A DNA stretch of 64,000 bases, from contig CM082592.2 of NCBI GenBank assembly GCA_040954595.2, positions 8,357,677-8,421,676 of the forward strand. The letters are read 5' to 3'. Positions 11,997-24,603 of this stretch are shown here, piece by piece; position 1 is the first letter of the stretch, and every line of letters starts with the position of its first letter. Both the position numbers and the translations under genes were made by a program. The notes beneath the pieces were generated by a model. It made no database searches. It was not told where the DNA came from and saw only the letters and a list, made by a program, of their open reading frames with translations. The stretch is from Balanoglossus misakiensis (taxonomy: Eukaryota > Animalia > Hemichordata).

Positions 11997-14900
11997 ATGG
12001 CTTCGAACACAGTGGTTTACAACGAAAGGTTGCAAGAGGTGGAAGCGACGGTACAGAGGCGGAGCGATACGACGACGACGGGCAACGTCGAAGCCGCCGA
12101 AAGTCGGGAAGGTGACCGAACACTGAAAACGTGTGTGCCAATGTTTCCGATGTGTTTTGCGGCGATGTGTCTGATCTTTAACATAATCATTCCTGGTTCA
12201 GGTAAACTAAAGATATCTTTCAAATCTGACATTTTACTCTGCAGTTTTGCCTTTGAGATTTTGTGGACATCGCCCAGCGTTATTGATTGTATTGGTATGT
12301 GTAAATATTGTGCGCGCTGTCGTTAGCTGAGCGCCGTTAATATGGCGGTAGCCATTTTGTCCAACAATTTCGCGTATCGGCCTTATTGTTGCGTTGGTGA
12401 TAGCCATTACGGCTTTCAACCAACAAAGAGGTCAAGGCCGCTACGCAAGGCGGGTCACCATTTTTTTCACGGAAAGGCAACGGAATTTACACAACTCGAT
12501 ATGATAGTGAACTTGGAAGGCTCGGGTTGGAATTAGCAACCTGTCCTATATGTTTACGCGACATTGATTTGGTCCGCTGTACATTTGATTAAAAGCCAAT
12601 CGCTTCTAATCGATGTCTTCATTAAGTGAAAAACTCTTTTAATGATGTTACTGTACACCGCTAAGGCTTTCACACTCTGGGAATGTTGTTAATAGCAACG
12701 CTGTCAAACCAATTTGTAAAACAATGGGCGAGTCATCCTACGTCTTGAATGTCAAGCCTTGCTATAGCACAGTGCACAATCAACGCAGTAAACTATAATA
12801 CTTGTGGGTATATAAACCTGGTGTTCGTCTGGACGGAATCAACACCGTCATAAAATTATCACGAGACGTTACAACTCACAGGTGTCTTAACTGGAATATA
12901 AAAAAAATAACTGTAGTCGATTTCATAGCGGTTAGGTTTCAAATCGCTCACCGTCGCTTAAATCGGATCAAATCTAAATTTAATAGTTTATATCAAAGAA
13001 TACTTCTGTTTCATCAATTACGTTGCATTTATATTGGGCTGTAAAACCAACGAACGGATGGTAACGCGATCGTGTACACAGGCGGCCATCTTTTTTGCAG
13101 TTAATGATGTGTTATTTGTTCACAAATAATAATTATATCGCAAAGATTGTTCATAGTTAAACGGTTTTCCATGATAAGTGACAGACATACGGTAAAGTTA
13201 TCTGTGCATGTATGTATATTATTGCATTGCTTCAAAATTATCAAATGCCCCATGTCTTTTACTATCTAGAGAAATAGATTTACTTTAAGTTGACTTAGCA
13301 AATAACCCATGTGAGTGTATCTCTATTCTTGAAGGATTTTCCGATGTCCAGTCACTTTTCTGCGTATCTGAATCTCATCATGTATCATGTATATATAGAT
13401 TGTCTGCGTACGCCGCGAGATCACGATTTTTCCCTTCACAACCGGTGCGGACGATTATCAATTGTGTCGTTTGAATATGTTCCAATCACTCTTATCACGG
13501 GCCAGCTCTAGCAGAAAGAAAATTCGCGGAAAATACTTGTACAGATGAAAATCAACCGCAATCAATAGTATCACGTGTGGCTGTCTAAGTGAAATGAGCT
13601 GATATGGTCAGATATAGGACCGTCACTGATAATTGCGCTGTATCATTACAGTCTCACACCTGCATGATTATCGACAATTCAATATATCACTCACAGTACA
13701 TAAAAAGTGTGTTCAATTATTCATGTCAGATTCAGAAGGGAAATGGCTGACCGTGGCTGTTGTGAACGCATGCAAATGCACCCGAAGTGGCAAGAGATCA
13801 GATTGAACCACCGGGGACACTGTCCAGCACGAACATTTCATTATTCAGTTGGTTGCACGTCTGACGATGAAACGCGTGGAAAACATTGATTGCGGAATTC
13901 CGCATTTGAGTCCGGTTTCAGGAGTCGGTTGTTGGGTACCGGGTGCGTTGATTTGCTGGGCACTCATTAGGGATTGGATTTAACTTGAATCCGGCGTGGG
14001 ATGCCTACCACTATCAAATAACAATTTTAAAATTCATAGTGAAAATCTCGCTTCATTATAAAAGTACCAATGTTTACGACATTTCCAAAGAAATGTACTC
14101 AGCATTAAGGCTCAACCCTAAATCAAAGTACGTGCAATTTTAGTTTTTTTTGTAATGCCAATGGCGTACTCCTCCTAGCTTGTGCGATCCTTCAATATTT
14201 CGCGTGCGGTTGAATGTACACGATCTCACTACCTGCGCGTTACCTTGACAACAGACGAATCAGATTTGAAGTGGCGAGACCTTAAGAATCCGGAATGCGC
14301 AAAATAAACCCCTGTAAAAGTGCAGAGACACGGGAACGTAGCCCTTGTGCGGTTGATGAATAGCGCAGTGAGTATGCGGATATTGGATGCTTTCCAAACA
14401 CACTCTTGTGGCTGTGACACCTTGACACGGATACGGATACAGGATTATTGCATCAAAATGGCGGCGGCCAACACTCTCATTTATTTTGAACTCCCCCAAA
14501 AATGGATGTGGAATTTTACTCCGCTTCTTGTAAAAAGACCATTGTCTAATGTCTATAATCCGCGACGGACAGGCATCGCACTGCATGGCGACACCGTCAC
14601 ACCCAATTTAGCATCAATTTAACTAAAAAAACTTTCATTAAAAACGAATCAAATCTGTAATTCTCCAGTGGTTCGTTATTGTAACCACGACGCAACATTA
14701 ATTATTTTATCTTTAGTCCCTCGGGCACGCTGCAATTACTACCAGTAGAGAATGTGAACTATTTTCACCTTTTTATATTGCACGGGATTTAAAGTGCGTA
14801 CTATATCTAAAGACCCATTCTTCGCGATCGAATGAAAACGTATGCGGTCACGTATGCAAATTAAGCCACGGTAACCATGGCAAGCTGAGATCCAGCCAGT

Positions 14901-17900
14901 GACAGATTTTCACGGGTTGGCCGCCATTGCACAATAGTCAGTTTTCATGTACAGTTCTGATTTATGGGCAAATTCGATCGAGAGGCGTTTCTTTTATTCA
15001 TTGCCCCTTTTTGTTTATTTCATGGAGCTCCTTGCTCAATGTTAATTATGGAATACGCAGTTTAAAAAGGGTCCTTTCAGAATCTTCGATATCACAACCA
15101 TCGAACTGTGATTGTAAAAATGCCCGAGACGATCACGCGCAGAGAAGACACGCGACTCATTGTTGAAAATGCCAGAATATCGGCCGTTAAATGCCCTTTC
15201 TGCTACACAAGGACGAGATAAATCTATTCAGTGAAGAAAGGCCGCCATTAATTTTGCATTTAAATGAGTATATTTCGCAGGGAAGAACCATTTAGACACA
15301 ACACGACCCACTTTGGCAGGCAGTCTCTTGGGTAAAAACTGAAATCACGCAGCGGATTTCGTTGTTTCCGTCTGACATTTGAAATATCGGGTCAGAGTCG
15401 GAGAAAATGTATTTCGCGTGAGATAAAACGAGTCATTTAAGATTTAATGAAGTTTACCGTTTTCTACCGACGGCAGGGGGGCAAAGGCCGGTTGCCATGG
15501 CGACACGAGATGCCGCCAGTAGAGGGAGTCTGGCGTCTGCTTGGCAGGCTGCATCGACCTTTTTGCAGGCCAGTAATTTTGTCACGATAATAATTTCATC
15601 AAATGAAAAAAAGAGGGTCAACTGAGCCATGAATACAGACATATTTCTTTGTGAGTTCAAAAAATATATATCTGTTTTTGTGTCTTAACCGTGGTAAAAA
15701 GTGCAGGAAGCTTAATCGTGAAAAAAAAACGCAGGAAGAGGGTGCTATTTTATCATAATTGTCATTGAAAATAAATGCGAAATTTCGCTTAACGAGGCAC
15801 GCTGGATTTCATGAGCTATATTACAAATTAGTCTTCGGACCCCGCGGCAGTGATTGAAACGTGTTCAGACCTGAAGTACATTCACATGGGCATTTTGTCA
15901 CGAACGTAGCGTTATTTATATCTAAACTCCCTCCTGCCAATATAAGATATTATGAGACTGCTTTTTGTTTGCCATAGTAAGGTTGGACGCGTATGCAAGT
16001 ATAAGGTTTGAAGGTAGATGTACTTTGCTGTTGAATCGGTGTTGCGTTGTGAAATCTATGTTCAAGTTCTAAATGGAGATGACAACATCAACATCGACAT
16101 TGATGATGGGTCATGGTGGTGATGACGACACAGTGGCGACAGCGGTGACGACGACGACGATGGTGATCATGATGGACGAGCTCGAAACGTAGAAATACCT
16201 TCGTTAATCGAAAAAAAAAATATGTTCGGGATGTATTCACAAACCCGATTATTATCAGTCATATTCACCATCTTTTAGTTCGCCTGTGGCATATCCTGGT
16301 TCAACTCCGTGCGTTGACATTATTTCCATTTTAAGGGGAAGAGATAAATACTCTATGGCAAGCAAGTATACGGTTCATTTCCGTGCGATGACCTTCTAAA
16401 ATTCATTTTAAAAGGGAAAGAACAGTACCCAGGCCATTCTCAACGTACATTAATGGGTAAACAATAGACTGCTCTTCAGAAATCACAGTTTATCAAGGTT
16501 GTACGTGATCGGGGGACACATTTTAGCGAAGTTCAAAATGACAGTCCCCGAACCCTTTCAATTCTTTGCTATACTACATTGTGTTAGGGTCCGCGGGAGG
16601 TTTGAATTGGATGACCCAGCCTCTTTTAATTGGAATAGTAAAATACAACACTGTATAAGGAAAGAAGATAGTGTAGTACATCATTTCTTAAAGGTTGTGT
16701 CAACAGGTTTAATTAAAACAAAAAAAATGTTTGTGACGTAGAATTTTAACCAAGAATTGCACGACAATATTTCTTGATAGGAAAGGTCAAACTATCATAT
16801 TCCATATACGTGTCACGTGACTTCTGGGAAGGTTTTATTCGCCAGCGCTGGCGGCCATATTTGTCCAATTACTTGCTAAATTACTACATTTTGTACAAGT
16901 TCAGTAGGCAACTCACATCTCTCGATAAATATGGTAACGCTGAAGTTGAATTATCAAGAAAATGTGAAAAATTGAGATCAGAGCGTATCACGACGCACCT
17001 GAGCGACATGAAGACGTTAAAGTGATGCTGAAATCGCTTGCAGAGATGCAGTGTACTGAATCCAATTAATCGGGTCTGGTCGCTGCACTCAACCCTGCAA
17101 TTGATACGCGCACGACTCTGCCATGGATATAGGCTCACCTATAGATTATGTTAAATTGGGGGGAAATTTGGGTCTTTGGAACTTGCCGCGTAAAAGCACC
17201 TTCTGTGGCCGCCATAATAGCAGGAAGCGACGGCCGAATGCAGTGTGTTCCGCGCAGGCTTGATAAAGGGAGTACGCATTTGAATTTTGAATGAATATAC
17301 ATGTACTTCTTTTCGGTGGAGATAATCGTACATACAAAATTTCATACATACTTACATACATGTACATGACACATACATCCGTGTCTGTTTGGGAGCGCTG
17401 TTTTCCCCGCTAAATACAGGTCTGATGCTGTTTACCAGGTGGTGTGCGTCAACAGGTGTCATTAGGCCTATGGTACAGCGATGCATATTGGACTTGAAGT
17501 CACTGGAAAAAATACGAGAAGAAAAAACTTTATGTATTTATGGCATATTATGATTGTATTGACCCGTCGGGTCTGTTAACGCTCTCAGCTCTGGGCTGAG
17601 TCAGACTTCATCCAAATTTAAAACAGAGCTTTGCTCGTTACTTGTATAGCCTAGGCCTATTAAGTGAAATCTCTGTCTTGTTCTCAATTCAGATTTTCTC
17701 CTCTGTCTTTTACAGGAAGTATTGTTGCGGCCATCGGAGCGCTGTTTTGCTGCAATAAGGCCAGGTGTGGGACAAGAATAGCACATTTCTGTTTCAACTT
17801 TTGGTGTGGCGTGTTTCAGTTGGCCTTCGCTGTACTTATCGTCGGCTGGATATGGAGTGTCCTCTGGGGACTAATGTATGTCGGCTTTGCTCGTAAGTAG

Positions 17901-18580
17901 TCGCCATATTAACATCCGGGGCAGGAGTCGTCATGGGGACCGGGGGGGGGGGGGGGTTCGGTTGTGGTGTATCCTGGAAAGTTCAACCTACCAAGCACAA
18001 ACTCTACATTTTTAGCCCAGACGCTGATGTCAAAACTCTCCATCTTCCACAAAGTGATGGAACAAGTAAAAGTCAAAATGTGTTTGGTGGAATATATTTG
18101 GTATGACAAATGGGCATGGCTAGAGACAGAAACATCTCAACAGCACAGACAGCCTGAGACAGACAGACAGACAGCTGATACCATCTCGGACGTGATAGTA
18201 ACGTGATAATTTTTTTCGTTTCAGTTGACGACGACGAAAAGGATGAGCAAGGAACAACTCAGCGCCGAAGACACGACACGAGACTCCACCAAGCTGCAGT
18301 GTACCCGTACCCTGTTGGAGAGTCCCCGCCGCCGCCGCCTGGATCCCCACCCCCCGTATTCTGCGACCGTCCGTACACGCCACCTCCGTCGTACATAGAA
18401 ACTATGCAACAGCAACCACCGTCACACGAAGCGATTGTCGCCGTCCAAAATCAATACGGACAGTTCAACGCCGTCCACGTGCCCCACCCCCAACAACAAC
18501 AAAACATTTACACGAACAACAGCGCTCAAACTCAACAAGAGCCGGTTGGTTACCTTACCCCGGGTCAAGTGCCGACGTGA
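11997..18580 (+). CDS. stum/Spec3-family membrane protein, paralog 3 (245 aa) with Pro/Gln-rich C-terminal tail
   Basis: Exons 11997-12201, 17716-17892, 18225-18580, with phase-1 introns at the same positions as paralogs 1 and 2. Motifs CLIFNIIIPGSGSIVAAI and GVFQL..IVGWIWSVLWG. First intron is 5.5 kb. Confidence 0.87.
15491..15504. promoter_or_regulatory. RFX X-box-like palindrome in intron 1 of stum paralog 3
   Basis: GTTGCCATGGCGAC, one mismatch from the palindromic X-box GTTGCCATGGCAAC. Confidence 0.4.
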
Positions 18581-20840
18581 TTTGAGCCAGCACCCGGCAT
18601 GGACTTATGAAAGGGCTGTTCAAAAAACACCCATTCTTGAAAGACTTCCTTCAACCTTCATTTTTTATAACCAAGTGATATTTTTGTATTGAAAACTGCG
18701 ATCGTTGCATTGGTCGGCAAGGGGCCACGCCTGGTTGCCATTCGACGCAATAAAGACGAAAGAGAGCCCAGCTGCCACATTGTGTCGTAGAGGGCGTGTG
18801 ATTGGCTGTGCCTGTTTCAGCTTCTCTGGATTAGTCAGGTCGACTTATTTTCCTTTTTATGAAGATGATTCTTACGAATGACGTGGCAATAATACCGTCA
18901 CCTTGAACGAGCGTATTACACTTTTGGTTTGACAGATTTCACCACAATCGAGTCGGTCACCCACAGTCCCTGCATCGTGCGGAGGGACTATGAACCTTGA
19001 AACTTTTTTGAACACCTTCCGGGAAGACGGCACTCGAGAAATGTACAAATATCGTTCCATCGCTCGTTGATAGTTTTATTATGGTGCTTTACCCGTAATA
19101 TCTATCTACCTAAACTGTTCCTAGGAAAAGTAACTTACGTTTTCACTGTCCGTGTTTTTGAGGCTTTCTTGTGAATATCACGGTCCTCGCCTAGTTCTTG
19201 TTGGGATCGATTGTAAAAATATTTACAGCGTGACGTGTTTTTATGTTTTTTTTCTTCTTCTTCTTCATTGAAATGCTTATCATTTAATCAAGAGAGATGG
19301 GGAAAGAGAGAAACTTGGCCCATATTTTGAATTGTAAAATATGTTGAAAATTAAGACTATGAGTTCGGCGTGTTTCGAATTTATCATTTTGTGGGCATGT
19401 TCTCTCGTGGTCTGAGTTGCAAAGATTGTTTGGCGAACTGCAGAGTGCGGACATCGTCCGCCCGAATAAACACCGCTTGGCGAAGATAAAGAACCATTTT
19501 ACTTTTGGAGCACTGTTTCTGGCAAATAGCTCTCTGAGTTCAATGCAGTGACCCTTCGCCTCGTATATTTTGTTATATGGTCCCATTATTAATAATTTTT
19601 GAATGATTTAAAATACAATTAATGTACTTAGGCCTGTCGATCATACAATGACTGGAAGATTTTTTTCTCACAAAACACTAAAAGCTAGGTCGTGGAGAGT
19701 GTACTAAATTTTACGTTTGCAGTACTATATTCGTATAGGGGAAACATGCCCAATTCAGCCTGGTATTATTCTTGAACTTGAAGTTGTATACTGACCGGCC
19801 GGCCATGCCACGGAAGCTGCAGCCTGAGTGCACGGCCGCTGATGATGATGGACCCTGAGTTTTGGCCCTGTGTTGATTGCACGTAATAATATGTTAACAT
19901 ATTTTGATTTTTCATGGTTTTAGACAGATCAATCGTTATATTTTACAATATGCTTTCATGACCTTAACGAGGCGAACTTGTGATTTGTCGTTTTTGTTTT
20001 TAAGGGTAAGCTAATTAACCGTCCAATTATAGAACTGTTCGTTTGATCGTATATATATTTCTCTAAAAGCTAATGCGATGATTATAAACTCAAGAAGATT
20101 TTATAGATTAAAGTGAAAAGGTTGCGTTCATTTGTTGTTTTGTAAATAAACAGAATAAAATAAGAAAATATACAACCAGTAATAGAACATCTTAATGTTT
20201 CTGTCGTGTTTATTTTGTATGTAATTCGTGACGTCGACTGCTATGCTGAACTAAACTCAACTGCTCTTTCCCATTGCCCTTGGATGCTACGAACTTTCCC
20301 TTTTTGTTTTTTTTTTGCCCCACGAAAATGAAAATTTACGAAAGCCGATTGTGACATTCACTTTTATTATCCACCTCCATAAATTATAGGTGCTATACCC
20401 ATAGTGCAAAACTATTGAGTCTAAAATTTAACCTTTTATGATTTGGAGTCACTGGTCCATACTAAGCCCCATTAGGCCTATGTTTAAAATATTTCCATTT
20501 CCATATCTATGCTTTCTAAAAACAAATGTAGTAAAAAATATTGTTTATCGTCACGGTACTTTGATATTCTGTAGGCCTATTTCATTCAGTGTCTGGCTGT
20601 AAAAGCATTCCCCTTCTCATTCCACCACCGAGGGCCCAAGCAACCAAGGTAGATCATCCCAAAATGTTCTATGTTTAACATCTTAAATTACACTTAGGCC
20701 TAGATGTACTTTTGCGAGTCAAAGTCCCGAAGAACGTCAGTGATTCTGTGCAAGGCAGTAAGTAACCGCTCAGTGACCTTGTACTGTACAGACGCAATGA
20801 TGCACCTCCCATTAAAACAGAGCCGCGTCTGCATATCCAC

Positions 20841-20847
20841 TATAAAA
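20841..20847 (+). promoter_or_regulatory. Possible TATA box of the nuclear receptor gene
   Basis: TATAAAA about 400 nt upstream of the first coding exon; TSS unknown. Confidence 0.3.
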
Positions 20848-21239
20848 CAGGCACCCTCATCTTTTAGCTTGTGATAAGCCATAATGTGCTGATCCCCATC
20901 ACGATCACTCTGACATGACCGTGCGAGGTCATACGAAATGCACCCTGGGAATCGGTGACACCGGTGCGAAGTACGCCAACCAGGTCAGGACGTTTTTGTT
21001 GTGATAGCCGAGTTGTTTCGCGATTTTTGGGACAAAATCTGAAAACTGCAGTCTCATCTTTCAGCTGCCCTCGTGCGTTGAACGAGTGTTTCTTCTGAGC
21101 TGGCAGTGACGATTTAGTTACAAGCAAGTGAAGATGTGAAACGAATCTCGTTGCATTATATGTACAGTGGACGATGCGACAAACAACTGTATCATCAGTA
21201 TTATAGTAAGGAGTGATGTTGTGATGTCACCTTGACATT

Positions 21240-24200
21240 ATGAATATGGCGTCAGCGTCTCAACCAGGTGTAACTGGGCAGACAACGATGACAAAATCAG
21301 AGAAAAGAGTGTCCGAGAGTCTCGAAGACAGTAAGTGTATTGATTTCGAGTAATTGGCATGACTACCTTTTAAAACTGGGTCTATCCTACATTTTACTGC
21401 ACAGTGTCCTGCTTTCAGCGACAGTCATTTACAAAATGGTTTGTCGTGGCGTTCGAGTTTGACACCGTAATATGTAAATTTACGATAATGTCACAGTACT
21501 GTCTTCGTCAGGGATTTTGTGTAAATCACTGAAAACGAAGTGTTTTTCTCTGGTTGCCACCAACAAACACAGGAAATAGAATTTTAAGAGAGACAATGTA
21601 ATAGACTAGCAGCTGTGTGACCTAGTTTTCGATATGTATGAAAGTCTCTCTTGGTTGACTATTTTTATGGGGTGAGAACAAAGCCAAAATTAATATTTAT
21701 GCTGTTACTTGGTTACTGTGTTTCTTGGGTATTCCCACAGTAGTAATTTTGTATTGTAACACAGAGAGTAGAGATATACTATCTGTGATTGTAATCATGT
21801 GTGTCTTTCTAATTCAATTATAAATGTCTCTATTTGGTCATTACTTGGTCTTTTATTATGCCAAATGAGCTTGATCATCATTAACGTTCTATTATTTTGG
21901 TTGTTGAGTCACTATTATGTCATTATTTGGCCATTATTATGTCATCATTATGTGACCTCATTTAACCTACTTATCTGAACTCCAATTGAACTCGTACCCA
22001 GAAGTCAATGGTGTGAGATCATGGCGAGTGTTGGAACGACACGCCAAAGCTGCACATTCATAACTACAGGTTTTCTTTCCATGTTCATGTCTTCACAAAA
22101 TCCTTTACCAGTAAAGTTTATATGTATTTTTTATAATATCAGATTTTTAATCAGGCCATAACAAGCAGAGTCTGAACATACGCTACAATTATTGTTGATT
22201 CACAGATTACAGTTGTGGAGATCCTGATTTGCGTCAGTGTTGGGTGTGTGGTGAGAACTCTTCTACTTATCACTATGGAGTTGTTGCCTGTGATGGTTGC
22301 AAGGTATGTACCAGACCAAAATAGCCGTACCAGACCAAAATAGCCGAATTAAAATGATGAGCATTCAAAAGCTTAGTGCTGTCAACCCTAACAGAATAGG
22401 TCACTTGCTCAAACATGTAGCATTGTTGTGAATCATGCTTATGTCTGAAAAGACAACAGTGTTTCCATTCAGATCCAGTGTCCATGCATGTTGTCCAATG
22501 TACTATTTTGGTATCTTATTTAGATAGACTGCGTGTGCATTATAAATATGACTGAAATATTTAAGAACACATGGAAATTTACAATTTGCTACAAATTTGG
22601 AGCTCCAGAGTTTGTACCTTTCAAACGTATATTCTGTTTATTTTTTTCAGAGTTTCTTCTCCCGTAGCCAGTCTCTGCACAAAACATATCAATGTGTGGG
22701 CAAAGAATGTGTTGTTAACAAATTTACCCGTAACCAGTGTCAGTTTTGTCGATGGGTCAAGTGTCAGGCAGTTGGCATGTCCAAAGATGGTGAGTTAAAG
22801 ATTGTTTCCCCCTTAGAGCTGGCTTGGCCTATCAACTCCAATTGTAAAGTCAGGTCTCATGCTGTTGCAGTTCCATGTACTCCCTGAACAAAGCAAACTG
22901 ATCTCGTGACACTTATGACTGATCTCGTGACATTACATCATGATAACTGTGCGTCTGTATCTTGTTTTTCTGTTTTGTGACCGAAGCTTGCAAGCTCGGA
23001 AGACGATCCAAGAAACTGAAAGCTGCCATGAGAGAGAAGAGCCGGAAACTTCTGAACTTGGAGAATCCCGCGTACGACGAGTCGTCGGGCCAAACCCGGC
23101 AGAAACCACTCCTCGGGCAGATCAAGTCGCAGGAAGTGGTCAACGTCGTTCGTCCGTTCCGCATCGAGACGAAGGACAGCAGCATCCTGCAAACGCCGAT
23201 CAAAGTCGAGTTCAGCCCGCCGGAGAGTCCCTGCGAAGCGGCGGTCTCAGAGGAGAAAGTGTTGCCAGGGCAACTGCCGTGTAAAGAAGAGCAGCTTGAG
23301 CAGTCTCCTTGTTTGAGCGAGGAGGACATTTCTGAGGGAAGCGACGAAGCAGCTGAGAGCCAAGACGGAAACTGTGCAGAAACTGATTTCAGATCTGAGG
23401 AAGCGCCAGAGCGCCGGGAGACAACCGGAGGAACGTGCGCCATGGCAACTGATGCGGCGCCGGCAGAGACCGGGGACGAAGAAGAACCACCTGTCCAGGC
23501 GCCAGTTCATGTGATGAAAGGTCTGACGGCGGAAGAATTGGTGCGCTGGCTGGAGCAGTGTCAGTACGAGAGCTTCATCCTGCACCACTTCCGGGAGCGG
23601 GAGAAGTTCCAGAAGGAAAAGTCGAAGATGATCAAGTCGAAGATGGGCAAACGGCAGCTGCTGCACAAGGGCAGGTCGCACGACCCGCGCAGCCCCGACG
23701 CACCGTGGGACGCGAAGGAGCGAGTGGCCGACCAGACGGCGCCCTTCACCTTAGGCCAGCACTCGTGTAAGGTCGAAGGTCTGACGCCGTCCAAGACCTG
23801 GCAGTACGTCAGCCAGACGTTCACCGTCCTCATCGAGGGCGTGGTCACCTTCGCCAAACGCCTGCCCAGCTTCAAGCAGTTTGATATGGAGGACCGCATG
23901 ACCATTATCAAGGCCGGCTGTTTCGAAGTTGTTCTGGTGAGGCTCTCCATGCTGCACCATTTGCCATCCAACACGATGACTTTCTTCGGCACGGACATGG
24001 CCATGACGCTGCAAGATGCCCAGAAGACGCCCATGGGTAGCTTTGTGACGGGAATGTTTGATTTCTGCGGCAGGATCAACTCTCTGAATCTGACGAACAG
24101 CGAGAAGGCTCTGCTGTCTGCAGTAACCTTGATGTCAGCTGGTGAGTAAAAATAAGTCAACACGTGATCATTAGACGTGATGTTTGATGCTTGATTGAGT

Positions 24201-24603
24201 AATGGTTGCTTCCCGCGAGGTGCAAATTCATCAAGGACTCTCTCAGATTGTCGCACAAGTTTAAAACAAAAAAAACAAAAAAATTGTTTAATTGCGGAGA
24301 AGGTTCAAATAATGAACTACACATCTGGAGAAACAAAAAAATATATTTTTTTTCTTTCCAGACCGACCTGGCTTGAAAAGTAAAGAATTGGTGTCGTCGA
24401 TGCAAGAGACGTTTCTACAGGCGCTGCAGCACGAACTGATCAAGAACCACGCGGAAGACGAGACGCTGCTGTCGCAGGTGCTGCTGCTGCTGCCCAAACT
24501 GCGGGAGATCAACTTCGAGCACAACAAGAAACTGATGGAGATGAAGATCAACCAGGATATCAAATTTCCGCTGTTGCACGAGGAAGTTTTCGAGACGTAC
24601 TGA
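21240..24603 (+). CDS. Nuclear hormone receptor, NR1 subfamily (ROR/Rev-erb/E75-related, divergent), about 574 aa
   Basis: Exons 21240-21330 (start could be ATG 21246 or 21288), 22206-22303, 22651-22789, 22987-24141, 24362-24603, phase-consistent. Two C4 zinc fingers (CWVC..HYGVVACDGCK|SFFSRS..CVGKECVVNKFTRNQCQFCRWVKCQAVGM), C-terminal extension SKDACKLGRRSKK, LBD signature VVTFAKRLPSF..DRMTIIKAGCFEV, EKALLSAVTLMSADRPGL, AF-2-like FPLLHEEVF. Confidence 0.93.
22308..22345. repeat. 19-bp tandem duplication just inside a receptor intron
   Basis: GTACCAGACCAAAATAGCC twice in tandem. Confidence 0.85.

Noticed and set aside
16075-16180. GAY-rich stretch that looks like an acidic coding exon
   Set aside because: Degenerate trinucleotide repeat with frame shifts and stops, and no convincing splice sites.
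17942-17956. Poly-G and poly-C runs (also near 26662, 34450, 36128, 38487, 40687, 59323)
   Set aside because: Simple homopolymers scattered through introns and UTRs, with no positional pattern and lengths prone to sequencing error.
20774-20990. AGGTCA/TGACCT half-sites upstream of the receptor, suggesting autoregulation
   Set aside because: Hexamers at this density are expected by chance, and the altered P-box makes AGGTCA binding uncertain.
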